Shown here one piece after another: positions 24,058 to 37,917 of a DNA stretch of 64,000 bases. Position numbers and translations under genes: made by a program. This stretch comes from Eledone cirrhosa. Its lineage: Eukaryota. Positions within the stretch are counted from its first letter, which is position 1; each line of letters opens with the position of its first letter. The stretch lies in the NCBI GenBank assembly GCA_964016885.1, contig OZ024743.1, positions 326,678,001 through 326,742,000 of the forward strand, written 5' to 3'. Under the pieces are notes generated by a model. The model was given only the letters and a program-made list of their open reading frames with translations. It was not told the DNA's origin and ran no database searches.

Positions 24058-27000
24058 CTATAGTCTGATGTAGAGTGAAGGCCCATTCACACGGGCCATT
24101 CTCGCCACTTTCACCCATCTTTCATAGAAACGGCTGGGGTGCAGCACCTCTCTCTCCATCCTGATCCTTCTTCCGAAATGATATCGGAAGAAACGGACCA
24201 GTTGTTGGCCAGAGAGAAAGGTGCCCGACCTCAGTCCTTTCAGACGCGTCCACCATACAACCTCTTTCGCCATGGCTATTACGCACAGAAACACCGCCTC
24301 TGCTTCATCTTTGAAGGGGGGAGGCGGCTTGATCATTACAATAGACTCGGTGGTCAACCGGATCGGTCTCACCCTTGACAGCAGTTGTTCGACATAGCCC
24401 CACAGATCGGCTACGCCCGAGCAGTGTACTAATGCGTGTGCAACGGTTTCCTCGTCGCACACGCATCTGGGACAGATCTTTTTGGCGGGGTCCCTACCCG
24501 GGCGCCCGTGTCTGTAGAGCCTTTCTCGAACGGGTAAAGCCCCTCGGTAGCACTGCCAGGCCAGGGACTTCTGGAAGTTGTCCATAGGTCCCGGGCTGAA
24601 TGTCCTACCGAACAGGCTGGCCAGTTCGTCCTCTTCCATGTCCAGCGACTCTCCAAGGGTGTCATCGCCCCTGCTAGCCACCATCCCTCTATAGAATGAT
24701 GAGGTGGATTCTCCACCGATGGCCTGGCCCGCTTGCCAGAGAGCCCTGAGCGCCTGAGCACACTCAGTGTGCCAGTCTCCCAGTTTTCCGGATCTTTGCT
24801 TGACCCAGGACTGCAGCTCGGTGAGCGAGACGAGTCTCGGAAAGGCTCGTTTCACGAACGGAGCCCACACCGGTTGACCAGTGAAGAATACCTGTAGGTG
24901 CCGTAGCCTTAATGCGTGCCTACGCATCATCAACCACGGCATCCCCAGCCATCCTTTCGAAGGTTGTTGGCAGCAGATGGATCTTCTCACCATAGGAGGG
25001 CGCTTCTTCCAAAGAAATTGGAAGAGCATGCGTTCCATGGTGGTGAGTGTTTCCTTAGGGCAAGGCACGACAGTCAGGCGGTAGTAAGTGACGGACGCTA
25101 TGTAAATGTTCGCCACCTCCGCCCGGCCTTTTAGGGACAGCTTACACTTGGCCCATTTCTGGGTTAGTGCAAACACCTTGTTCGTAACCTCGTCCCAGTT
25201 CTTTTCCACCTGGAGGTCCAGTCCAAACCAGACCCCAAGCAACTTTACCGGGCCCTCCGTCCAGTGTCCGACGACACCGTCGGGAGGCATCGGTCTGCCT
25301 CTCCACGTTCCGAGTTGCAGCCCGATGGATTTTTCCCGGTTCAGTTTCGCTCCTGACAACCTTTCGTAATCCTCCAGTAAGGTACCGATCGCCTCGATTT
25401 CCGAGTCGGTCGATACCATTACTGTTACGTCATCGGCGTAGGCCGACACCGCTTTGCTCAATCCTGGTTCCAGGGGGATACTCTGCAACAACTCTAACTT
25501 CCTCAGTAAAGGCTCAAGAGTCAATACGTACAGAAGGGAGGAGAGAGGGTACCCCTGTCGAATGGATCGTGTGATTTCGAACGGCTTCGAAAGGTAGCCG
25601 TTCACCTTGATCCTAGAACAGATGTGGTTGCTATGTAAGGCAGTGATCCAGCCTCTGAAAACAGCACCGAACCCAGCCGCCGCTAGCACCGCATCCAGGT
25701 AACCATGGTCGACCCTATCGAAGGCCTTAGACTGATCCAAGTTGATCAGGGCCCCACCAAAGCCGGGTTTGTTGCCAACCCTCTCTGTGATGTATCGCAT
25801 GAGGTGGAGGTTATCGTGAATGGACCTGGATGGGATAGCACTTGTCTGCGCATCTCCCACCAGGCTACCCACGACAACCGCCAACCTCTTTGCTAACACC
25901 TTGGCCAAAATCTTTAACTCTGTGTTTAGCAGGGTTATGGGCCGAAAATTATTTATACTATCCCCCTTGTTCTCGTCCTTCCTCACCAGCGAGACTACGC
26001 CCTTGGCTACAGAACAAGGAATTCTCCCGTTCTGCTGCCAATTGCAGTAGACCGCTTAGAGGAGTTCGGAGAAGAAAACCGGCATTGCTAAATAAAGTTC
26101 GTAAGGTATACCATCGAGACCTGGAGATTTGCGTCTGCTGCATTGGCTCAGCGCATCTCCGATCTCATCAGCCGAGATTGGTCCCTCGCAGGACTCTGCC
26201 TCTTCGCTCGAGAGACGCGGCGGGCCGTCGAGGTATGGACCGAAATCCACGTCCCCGCCCGGGCCCTCGCCTCCCCCGAATAATCGGGCAAAGTGCCTTT
26301 GAAAGGCCTCGCACATCTGCTTAGGCTCCTGGATCACCCGTCCATCCTCGTCTTGCAACGACCGGATGGTGGATCGATTTCCACTCTTAGCTTCTGTCAC
26401 GCGGGCCCAGCCAACGGCTTTGGCCCCCTCATTACCTAGAGCACGTATTTTACTTCGAATGACGCAGCCTTCGTGCTTTGCATCAAAAAACTGGTTCAAG
26501 GCCGTCCTCGATGCCAGCACTCTGGCCACATCTTCGCTCTTGATTGCCTCTTCTAATTTACCTGTTAATTCTTTCTCGTTTCTATTCCTATCGGCAGCTA
26601 ACATCTTGCTATAACTTATTGATTCTGTTCTAATCTCTCTTTTGAGAGATGCCCACCATCGGTTGTTGACGATTGCACCCGTCAACCTCTCCTTAACTAA
26701 TCTGCTAATCCGGTTTCTGTAAGTCTCTTTTGCCGGTAAAGACAAATTAAGTTTCCAGTAACCGGGACCCTGTTTATGTGTTTTCTCGAGATTGACTACG
26801 CAGGTCACTAATTTGTGATCCGTATAGCCAACCGTGCGCATTTCTGGACAGCTTAATATGTCCCTATCCTTACTTCTAACTAAGAATCTATCTAAGTACG
26901 ATCTAGATTGACCACTGTGGTTTCTCCAAGTCCAGGTAGGCACAGTTGGAAAATCTAGTCGATATCTATCAACCAAGTTAAAACGGTCGAGTAACCCCTT

Positions 27001-27495
27001 GAGGCTGTTACACCCCCCTCTATTAGGACATGCTCCTGCATAGTCCCAATGTGCATCTAGGATGTCATTCCAATCCCCCGCTAGAAGCAGGGAACGCGAC
27101 GTTCCCAGAAAAGTTTCCAAACGCTGGAAGAAGTCGGGCCGTTCAGCTCCGAAAGGGGAGTAGACGGCGACCAGTCTCAAGGCCGCACCTTCACTACTGC
27201 CAACGTCTAGCACCAACAAACGACCCTCCGGGTCCGAGTGAACAACCTGTACGACAAGACCCAGGTGTTTTTGCAGCAGTACGACAACCCCACCCCCACC
27301 TCCAGGTTGACAGAGAGATGCATGCACCTCAAAGTCATCGAAGGTAGGGGCCAGCTGCCGCACGACGCTGATCCAGGTCTCACAGATAACCATTACATTT
27401 ATACCACATGACGTGAGGTCATTTAGAAGCTTTGCTTGCTTCCAAGTTGAGCCCAGGCCACGTGCATTCAAACATCCTACTCTTAACACATCCAT
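24058..27495 (-). pseudogene. Copy C ORF2 (EN-RT) with in-frame TAA at 26056-26058
   Basis: Same motifs and same nonsense codon as copy B. Confidence 0.9.
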
Positions 27496-27528
27496 GTGGG
27501 CGGCAGAGCCAAAGGAGAGTGTAGAGAC

Positions 27529-29424
27529 CTACCTTTCTGCTTCCCGGGGTTCGGGTCGCACGACTTCCATGGGGTCGGGGGTGTTGGGTGAAGGGGTGTC
27601 TTGTGGTGGTGTGGGGTCGTCAGTGTGTGGTGGGGTTGGGGTGTTTGGAGTTGTGTTGGGGAGGGGAAGGGGAGGGGGAAAGCTTTTTAGTAGGACGCGG
27701 TTTATGGGTTTGACAGAGGGTGGTCCTACGTCCTCCTTAAAATCCTTTTTTAGTTTTTGGTAGAGGTTCATTGGGATCTTTATTAATTTTAAATGTGGGT
27801 AGTTTTCTGAAGAAACAAAGTTTACACCTTCGGTTTGTACCGAAGGATTATTGTTTATGAGTTCATTTAATTTATTATTGTTTCTATTGATGTAAGTATA
27901 GTGTAATGTCTTTTTTCGGATGGTGTGAGTGTTTCGAAGAGGGGAGGGGCAGGTTTGGTTTGGTTTGTTGCTGGAGGGGTGTTTTGTGTTTTGTTGGATT
28001 GTGTTGACATTTGGGTGGGGGTTGTTTGGCCTTGTGTGTTTTGCACATGTTTTCTTTTTTTCCTTTTAATCTGTCTGAAGGACTCCGTTTCTTCCTCCGA
28101 ATTCGTTGGGTTATCTTCAGTGTTGGAGGGAAGAGGTATGTTTGCTGGTAATGTTTCCGTGTTGGTTTTCTTTGTGGGGGAGATGGATGTCACTATGTTA
28201 GACTGTGTTGTGTGTTGTGGCTGCGGTGGTTGTGTTGTTTTATTGAGTGAGGGGTTGGGTGGGCCTGTATTTTGTTTTGGGGTAATGTGTTGTGACTGTT
28301 TGTGTTGTGGTGGTGGTGTAGTTTTACTGAGGGACGGGTTGGGTGGGACTGAGTTTTGTTGATTGTTTATCTGTTGTGGTGGTGGTGGTGGAGCTGGTGT
28401 TGGTAGCAGGGTTTTCTTTTTGTTGAGTTGGGGACAAGCCGCCTTCAGGTGCCCTCTGCCTGCACAGATATGACAGGACGGTCTTCTCCCCTCCACGCTA
28501 ATGTTTATATACCCGTGGCCCTCTAATAGGATTCTGTCGGGTATTTGGGCGATGCGTTCAGGCTTCATTTGCACTACAAGCTCTATACCTGTTCCACTGA
28601 ACGCATTGCCTGTGGTTTTCCCAATGGAAATCACGTTGTCATTCGCTGGATCGATGAAGCCAGCTATGAGCCAGCAGTAGTCCACATCTGGCATCATTGT
28701 ATCCAGCCATATGCGTTGAGTTCTTTTACCCATATAAGATGGATAAAAGGTAAAATTTTTCGAACGAATCGGTGACAAAGCACATTTTTTTGCCGCCGAT
28801 TCGTTCTTCATAATAATCGCTAGGCTTCCATACAGTCTGTCTTTTCTTATGAAAGTGGTTTCATTAAGTACTTCTGTGAGTACTGTTTTGAGTTGGCTGT
28901 TCAGGTTTTTTAGAAGTGTTGTTGATGGTGCGGAAAACGACCGTTCGACTTTCAATGTCTTTGGTGAGTTCTTGAGGCATTTTTACCGATAAAATACCAT
29001 TCTCTCCTTCAGTTATATATTGTTTGGCGTCTGCAATTCTTTGTGCCACATCTGAAATATTTTCAGGTATATATGTCAAAGATTTCTTTGTTGTTTGTGC
29101 AAATGAAATCTTATTGGTGTTGACTTTGTCGTCTGCTTTGCTTTCTGCTATGATGTTGTTTTCAAATGTTATTTTTGTGTTTGTGTCTTTGTTTGTGGTA
29201 TTAATATTGTCATGCAATTTTTCAAATTTTTTTTTTTCGTTGTTGGAATCCATGTCCAGATTTGTGTTTTCGTCATTTTTCTCCGCAGATTCGTCTGTTT
29301 TTATTTTATTTTTTCCTTCCTTCTCTATGACGTTAGTTGGGAAGGAAGGGGGGACTAAAGCGTGCGAGCTTACAACTCTTACCGCTGTCCCCCCACCACT
29401 ATTTTCGTTCGCTTCGTTTAACAT
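27529..29424 (-). pseudogene. Copy C ORF1, two frameshifts
   Basis: ORF translations are identical to those of copy B. Confidence 0.8.
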
Positions 29425-29651
29425 TTCTGTCAGACGATTGAAATTTTTTATGCCACAAAATTTTTAAAAACAGGTTTTTCACCCCTAGGAGGGGTAAAGA
29501 TGAGCTGACCCACCGCCTGACAGTTCAGACGGAGGGTGAAGCTACACAATAGTATCAAAATTAAAATTGAACTTACAAAATTTCCGCAATAAATTTGAAC
29601 AAAACTTCTGCGCGAAGTGAATTACATCTACGCTGTAGAACAGACGACAGC

Positions 29652-29659
29652 TAGATTGG

Positions 29660-29753
<94 letters not shown>

Positions 29754-29754
29754 T

Positions 29755-29840
<86 letters not shown>
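29652..29840. repeat. (GATA)n 5' flank of Tx1 copy C
   Basis: About 47 units. Confidence 0.97.
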
Positions 29841-29841
<1 letters not shown>

Positions 29842-31170
29842 TTAGTGCGTCCTCACCGTCAATAAGGATGATAAATGTATTTATCATAAATGTCCTCTTT
29901 GAATAGAGGCTACAAAGGATCCGAAAGTGGAACAGTCGATATGAACGTTTTCCTTACGAAAGATACAGGGAAACTTGTCGAGAACCACATCGTTCTATGG
30001 TCACGATTATTTTCTATGATCTTCTCAAGGATTTCGATTCAATGCCTGGTGACACTATGTGGAAGCCTCTTAAATCCTTCGATTGTCCGACTCGGTTCTT
30101 AAGAATTATCAAGCTTCTTCATGAAAATATGACAAGACAGGTGCTCTACGTGGAACGGGATTTAAACAAGCTTATGTTGTTTAATCTATAGCTAACAGCA
30201 GTACTGCAATCAATACTGGCTGGAATTTCCATCGTAAACTCAAAACAACTGGAAGATCAAACGACTATAATTCTTCTGAGCTTCAATATATTGATGATGC
30301 TGTCGAATAACACAGTCCAGAAGATCTACGGGCTACGTATATATTTGTGAATGATTATGAACGTTTTGGTCATAAGTTGATATTTTAAAAAATCCAAATG
30401 TCTTAGTACAATTTCTACCTACAATAGAAATACCCCTTTCAAATCCAAATTCATGACCACTCTATTGACCTAATTGATCATATCTGTTACTTTAGAAGCA
30501 TCCACAATAAGGATGCCACTACGCATGATGCTTTAGGGAAACTGTGCGAAAAACTTCAGTTGCGACAGAATCAGTTACTTTTATGGTTTACAAAGTGGTT
30601 GTTCTCACACTCTCTTATATGAACATCAAACCTGAACGTGTTACCGAAAAGATATAAGAAAGCGAGGAGACTTCCATCAAACAAAACTGCGAACAATTTT
30701 GTGCATGGGTTGGCAAGACCATATCAATAATGGTTTCTGGTTAAGGCATAAGGCCAACAATTTGGGGGGAGGGTAAAGTCGATTAAATCGACCCCATTGC
30801 GTTACTGATACTTTATTTGATCGCCCACGTAAGGATGAAAGGTAAAGCTAACCCCGGTGGGATTTGAAGTCAGAACGTAAAGGGACGTAACTATATGATG
30901 TAAAACATGTTGGCCGACGCTCTAGCGAGACTGCCAATTCGCCGCCTTCAATACCATATAAATAATAAGGAAATTGTTTATCAAACCATGCATAACAACA
31001 TTTAAGCTGATGTGTTTCACCCCAAGATTAATTGACCACATTCAAAGAATGCAGGATCGTCGACTTCCAAATATACATATAAATTGATAGAATACTAATG
31101 ATTTCTCATGGATGCTTGATGCATCTGACCGTACACCCTGGATGAGACAATATCATGCTTGATGCAATAA
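29842..31170 (+). mobile_element. Heavily decayed RTE-type LINE fragment
   Basis: IFYDLLKDFDSMPGDTMWKPL..CPTRFLRIIKLLHENMT; ELQYIDD; YFRSI; many stops. Interrupted by a SINE. Confidence 0.7.
30732..30952 (-). mobile_element. SINE family A copy nested in the RTE fragment
   Basis: Reverse complement of the family A body. TSD-like accatatcaataat (30718-30731) / accatataaataat (30953-30966). Confidence 0.7.
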
Positions 31171-33889
31171 CTCTGAAAATAGCCATAAAAAGGAAGCTAT
31201 GTGGACGCTGCATGGCCAAAATCCCAGATTCGATTCCACTACGGAGCATCTCGGGCAAATGTCATTTAACATAGCTTCGGATTCATCTATGCTCTATGAG
31301 TGAAATCAGATAGACAGAAACTGTTTGGATGCGCGTCGAATGGACTGTAGCTGTAATCCAAAAGGCCAGCATTCCCACATACAGCGTCACGCTGAATCTC
31401 CCTGAGAACTATGTAAGTGTACATGCGTCTGTGGAGTGTTCAGCCATTTGCATGATCATTTAATTTTATGAGCAGGCTGTTTCGTTGATCGAACAACTGA
31501 AACACTCATCGTCGAAACCGACGGAGCTCCATTTCATTCCATGTCTGTATTAACGTGTCTACGAATATATGTGTATGCACTTTTTTGTATGCGTACATAT
31601 GCATTTACATATCTGCATGTATGTGAGTGTATACATATTTAGTTTCGTATATATTTGTATATCTGCGTTCATACTGTGTACACGTTGTGTCAGGTTGGAC
31701 CAGTTACTTGATGTTATATTATACACTGGAAATAAAGAACGATATTGTTGGTGCCAGCGCTGTTAGCAAGACACAATTTTGTCTGAGTCTTGTCAACAAT
31801 GTTACCATTTCACATGATCATTTAGACCTTTTAGTTTGCGTAATCAAAATATAAGATAGCAATTGAGCTTATCTTTAAACATCTCATAATATTTTTAATT
31901 AATTCTCGTTGAACGACTATAATTGACAAACCTGTCAACTTTCCCCGTCCGACGGGGAGATCTCCCACCTACTTTGGGGTGTGGGTGAGAGATGTCTTCT
32001 CTTGTGAAAATGGGTATAGCTTTCAGTATGTAAAATATCCCCATTTTGCCTTATTTCTACCCGTTTGGGGCCACTTTTTTTCATGGTACTCCATGGCAGG
32101 TCTGAATTAGGAAGGTGCAGTGGGTATCACTGGCTGTTCTCCGTGGCAATAATTTCGCTATCTTGTCCGTGGGGTGAGATATACTGCCTAGTCAAAAGTG
32201 TAGAGTTTGTTCCCGCCCTTTCACTTTACCCTTTTTTTTTTTCATTATTTAATTTTTCTCACAACCCCATTTTCGGGGGGGGGGGGGGTCTCTTTTCCTG
32301 TTACTTATTTCTATCCTTTTTTAATACTTTCTTCATTGTGTGTCATAAATTATTTCTTAATTATCCAAAATAAGGTTTCGTAATGATTTTTAATCCCCTA
32401 TATCAACATTGAGTCCTTGTATCAATTATTTTAAAATTCCCATAATATCTTATTTCATATAACAAATGGCCTGGACCTCCGCCGGTTTCCTTTCGACGAT
32501 GAGTATTCCAGTTGTTCGATCAACGGAACAGCCTGTTCAAGGAATTAACGTGTAAGTGGTTGAGCATTCCACAGACACGTGTACCTCTAACGTAATTTTC
32601 CGAGTTATTCAGTTTAGCACATTGTGTGTGACAAGGCTAGCCCTTCGAATTACCGATACAACCCATTCGATGGGCTTCTAAACAGTTTCTGCCTACACAA
32701 TTTCACTCACAAGGCATGGGTGGACACGAGGTTCTGGTAAATGACACTTACCCAAGATGCCACGCAGTGAGATCTAACTCAGGACCTTAATGATTGCAAG
32801 ACGAACTTCTAAACCATTCTGCTATGATGCGTCCACTTTTTATAACATATACATCTCCATAATGCTGTATATCTTATTTCACATGACCATAAATTGGTTT
32901 ACTAAATTAATTTAGTCGAAGACTTTTTGATATCTTGATACTAGTTCCTTCCATTGTCAGAACCAATATTTATGTGGGGTTTAAATGTCGATGGTTGACC
33001 ACTTTTCTCCACGGGTCTGCTTGGATTGTTTTGCCGTCAGGATGCAGACCGCTTCGCTCGTTATAGCGAGCTAAACCTAATTATCAAGCGAGTCAATATC
33101 CCCTCAATTCTGGAGCATAGGTTGATGGGAAGAGGCCAAATACTCTTACTCTTTGGCACCTGGTAAGAGGTAGATGTCCCATCTGGGACACCACATTTAG
33201 TTACTCTTTTGCTCCTTCCCACATCCTGGATGCTGCGATAAAGATGAGAGTCACTGCATCGATAGTCGAACGGAATAAAATTTTAAAATACCAGGAATTT
33301 TCGGCAAAATATTTTTCATCCTGTGTCGTTCGAAGTGATTAAGGGAGCTGGGCCGTTAACAACAATGTTCTTGCCATTGATGGCGGCTCGCTTTACCTAT
33401 GCATCAGGGGATGCTCGCGAGGGTTCTTGGTTATACCAGTATCTTAAAAATTCAACGCCCCATGTTGTGGTGTGTTATTAAGTATGCATACCTTCTCCCA
33501 CGTTTAAAATTTTATATATAAAGTGTTTATTTGCACGCATAATTATGTGAAAGAAAACTGGTGACATCATAAATTCTCTAATGTTTAAACTTAAGTTTCT
33601 CACTGAATCCCGTAAATGGTGACTTTTTAAATATGGTATTAACTATATATATATATTTTTTTTTAAAGTTTAAATACTTCACAAGTTTATTTCAATAGAA
33701 TTCATACAACTAAATTTAATTTATATTTTTTTTTTAAATAAAGAGATAAACATTTGGAGAAAACACGCACGTTCAATCACACGCCACGAGGGTTGCTGGG
33801 TTTTCCCTCTAATAATTTTTTAAACAAGTCAACATACTTGCAGCATAATCACGGTTAATAACGGGGCTAAGACGTTTGAATAACTATCT

Positions 33890-35250
33890 TATCTTATCCA
33901 TCGCCCTTAGGCGAGATAGTAAATACAACTTCACGCCAGCAGTTTCTGTTTCTCATCAAGGTTTGTAGGTCATCCTTGTAAAGTCTAGTGTCTCTTGCTA
34001 TGGTATCCTGATAGCTTTCTGGTAGAGGTTGTCTCCCACAACAAGAGGTCTGAAATCCTCTCATCTTTTGCGCGGAAGCAGCGACCAACAAACTTTGAAT
34101 GACGTTCAATCAGTCGTGGACATACTTTGGGGATTCTTTCCGTATATCTGACTAAACATTTGACGGGTCTGCCAAGGAATATTTTGAGCCTTTCTCAGAA
34201 GGGTAGTGTAACATCCATCTAAACGGCTCTGTAGACAGGAGGTTTAGGTCCAAGTCTCAGAACCATAGAGAAGGATAGGCTCTACTGTTGTTCTAAACAA
34301 GCTGATTCTAAGTTTGTTCGGTATATTGGATTTCCGAATTTTATTTGGCCTATGAAATGCATTCCAGGCCAGAGCTCTACGTATTTGGAAGTCCTTTTCC
34401 GACTCCATTGTAAAATAACGAAGGTACTTAAAGTGTTCTACTTGCTTTAATGCTTTTCTGTTTACTATGACTATGCTAACATCAGATTCTGTCGAGATAA
34501 ACTCAGTTTTTGCGTCATTGCAGTAGAGTTCAACATGAAAGAGCGGTTGGGCATTTGCTACTGAGTTTAAAGGAAGAACCAAATCCTCAGCTATGTTTCG
34601 ATTATTGACACATTCAGCAAGATATCTACTGCTTCTTCTAAGCTTAAGTATTAACCCTTTCGTTTTATTACCGTCCAATGAAATACGTAGGGTGTAGTCC
34701 AGAACTATTTTAAAGAGAAAAGGGGCTAGATTGTCTCCTCGAAGAACCCCATCCACTATATCGGAATATTCTGTTTCTCCATCAGGGATTATGACTCGTG
34801 ATTCCGTGCCGGTGTATAATGTTCTTATTGCTTTAACTAACTTCTCTGGAATGCCATAAAGTGGCATTATGTCAAACATTACCTCGCCGTTGATTGAATC
34901 GAATGCTTTCATAAAGTTTTTTTTAAATATGCAAAATTATGTATTGCCATGGCTCATTTCTTCAAGGATTCTACGCAAGGACAGGATCTGTGCAGTTCTG
35001 GAACGTCCTCTACGAAATCCGTTTTGATTTCTCCTCAAAATGTTATTCAGGAAAGAAAATATCCCGCTGAGAATCAACTTGTAAATCTTAGAGGCAATAG
35101 CTATAAGCGAGATACCTCGATAATTTTTAAATAGGGCAAGATTTCCCTTCTTTGAGAGTGGAATTATGTCTGAGGTGAGTCAAAATGGAGGAGCATTTTG
35201 GGTGTCGAATACAAGGTTGCAGAGTTCAAGTTGGAGAGGGTGGGAATTTT
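33890..35250 (-). mobile_element. Decayed RTE-type LINE (RT region and 3' end)
   Basis: KAFDSI..YGIPEKLVKAI..GVLRGDNLAPFLF..QVEHFKYL..VEPILLYGSETWT, with QNGFRRGRSRTAQIL upstream and ..NRNCWREVV at the end. Confidence 0.85.
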
Positions 35251-36307
35251 TATTCTTCAAAATAATCGCTGGATTGACACCAGACTTTCACCATCAAGAT
35301 CAACTTGCTCGACTGAGTTTAGAGTTGACCCTTCATTTAGTTCTGTTGAGAAACCCTGAGATTGTGTTGAACAGGCTTGAAACGCGGTGCTATAGTTTGG
35401 CCTTGTCATCTTTTCGATAGCAAAAATATTATACGTGATTTGCCAGGTCTACGTTCATCACAGTAGATTTTGAAGTTTGTGGTATTAACCATTGACAATG
35501 CTATCCATATGGTTGACGTATCGTGATCATAACCGTTGGCTTCAAGAAACTCATCCACTGTTGCCTGCCGCTTCACCGTAACCCTGGCTCGGGTGGCTGA
35601 CGGGTGTTAGGCTTTCCCAAAAGGTCTAAGACGGCTTATTACAATATTCGCAGCTGATCCCCCATTACAGGTCTTTTACTGGGGCTCTAGATAACCTTTT
35701 GTTTGAGTACAATACACGCACTAAGTACACTACACGCACAGAGAGACAGAGAGATTAAAGTTAAAAAGTAAAAAAGATAGAAAGTTAAAAGATAAAAAAA
35801 TGAAAAAGATTAAAATATATTTTGAAAAGAACAACCAGCTGTCAATGTGTTGGGTTACTTCAAAAAGTATTAAAGGGAAGCTTCTGTACATTTAGTGTTG
35901 ACTTAATATTTTCTTTTGTTTTGATTCTATATTATCATGTGAAATATTTATGTAATTAAGAAATATAGATATATGTGTGTGTTGAATTTTGATAGTTATG
36001 ACATTTGTGTTTGTAATTTCAAGCTTATATTGTCAGCATATTTGTTTGAGGAAAAATGTGAATTTTGTTATTATGTTCATCGTTTATTTCGATATAATAA
36101 AAAGATAATTTATAAACCAGTATTAAAAAATATTTAACTGAAACTTAAGCTGTTAGACTTTTTTCTCAAAATGGACTTAAACAGTCACACTTTCAAATTT
36201 AGCTCTATCTCTAACTGAAATCTATCCTTTTCGTACTTTCACCTGATTATTTTTATGCTTTACTTTTCTTCTTACTTTTTGTTTACTCTCCTGACATTTG
36301 TACATTT

Positions 36308-36522
36308 GGATTGGCAGTATCGGTAGAGGGTCGAACGACGTGTTTTGCAGCATAGAGTTAAGGCCCTATACGTTCTGGGTTCAAATCCTGCCGAGGTTAA
36401 TTTTGCCTTTCATCCTTACGGGGTCGATAAAATAAAGTATCAGTTACGCACTGGGGTCGATTAATCGACTTTGCCCTCCCCAAAGTTGCTGGCCTTGTGC
36501 CTAACGTAGAAACAATTATTAT
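36308..36522 (+). mobile_element. tRNA-headed SINE, family A (full-length copy)
   Basis: A box TGGCAGTATCGG, B box GGTTCAAATCC, body ttgcctttcatccttacggggtcgataaaataaagtatcag..ggggtcga..atcgacttt..gctggccttgtgcc, (ATT)n tail. Other copies near 997-1130, 4243-4400, 4535-4615, 7300-7392, 12720-12790, 39494-39700(-), 41360-41540(-), 60047-60180(-). Confidence 0.8.
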
Positions 36523-36532
36523 TATTCCTATC

Positions 36533-36707
36533 CTGTGCTGGACTTACCTGTAAATTAAATAGCTTAGGGCCACACATTCTATGGGACCTCATTTTTAAAA
36601 TATGAGTATTTTATCGTTGGTTTTTATGCTTTAACACTAAATCATCATAATTAGGGCCTCAAATTGCGTTTAGCTAAGGGCCTCAAGCAGGTGAAAGCCC
36701 GCCCCTG
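36533..36707. mobile_element. hAT (Tip100-like) MITE
   Basis: Degenerate TIRs ctgtgctggac / gcccgcccctg, internal tagggcc motifs, 8-bp TSD ttcctatc / tccctatc. Confidence 0.55.
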
Positions 36708-37879
36708 TCCCTATCCTCTATTAGTAATTCACTAATAAGCTTTTTTTCAGGTAAAAAACAAAAATGTTATTGATCTCTTATCTGTGTGTGTGTCTGTGTG
36801 TGTGTGTGTCTCTGTATGTGTGTGTGTATGTGTGGGTGTATGTGTCTGTGTGTGTATGTGTGTATGTGTATGTGTGTGTCGGTGTGTGTGTGTGTGTATG
36901 TATGTGTGTGTGCGTGATCTGTAAATACCACTCACTGTTCAAGGGTAAGTCCGCCTCATGGATGGTCACAGCCGACAGGCTGGAGAAAACATTGCCAGCG
37001 AATGATGGCGAAGGAAACACGCCGGAACAGTCACTCCACCTCACAGAACTCGAACTTGCGGGTAACCAACTCCGCCGCTCCGATACCAGTGAGTAGGGAT
37101 GTTATCTGGGCGGCCACACTTCCAAATTTAACTCTACCTCAGACCCAAATCTATCCTGTTCCTACTTTCACCCTATTACTTTTAAGCTTTACCTCTCCTG
37201 TTGCTCTCCTATCCTGTATCAGTCATTCGCTTATAAGCTTTGTTTTATCTCATAATCTCTGAAATAGAAAAAACATTATTGAAATAAATGTTTAAGCTTA
37301 CATATATCTGTGCGTGTGTGTGTGTGTGTGTTTATGCGTGTGTGCTTGTCGGTGCGTGTATGCGTGTGTATGTGTGTCTGTGAGTGTGTATGTGTATGTG
37401 CGTGTGTTTGTGCCTCTGTGTGTGTATTTGTGTGTCTGTGCCTGTGTGTGTCTGTGTGTCTGTCTATGTGTGTGTGCCTCTGTGTGTGTGTGTGTGCCTG
37501 TGTACCTGTGTGTGTGTGTCTCCGTGTTTGTGTGTGTGGGGGGGGGTCCATCCCAGAAATGACCAAATGATAGTCAATCACTACAATAATTGATAAAATC
37601 AGGTATAGTACCCCTGGAGACGGAAAAAATGGACAGAGGCGCCTGTGAGGAATTGGGCCCTCCGTTGGGATTTTACTAATTACAATTTATATAGTATGTG
37701 TGTGCGTATAAGTGTGTGTATGTGTATGTGTGTGCGTATGTGTGTGTGTGTGTGTGTTAGAGTGGATGTTTAAAACCCCATTGTACTTAAAACATATATG
37801 TATGTGTATATATACATTCCTGCTTCCTGCCTCTCTTCTCCTTTTAGTCTATCTTTCTACCTATCTCTCTTCCTTTCCT

Positions 37880-37917
<38 letters not shown>

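Larger units (their letters stand above)
23796..29651 (-). mobile_element. Full-length Tx1-type non-LTR retrotransposon, copy C
   Basis: Appears identical to copy B from 24602 to the 5' end (offset 5916). The 3' ~0.8 kb is divergent. Ends AATAAAAGAAATA then (TATC)n. Confidence 0.93.

Noticed and set aside
36308-36400. tRNA genes at A/B-box sites
   Set aside because: No cloverleaf forms, and the boxes run directly into repeated SINE bodies.
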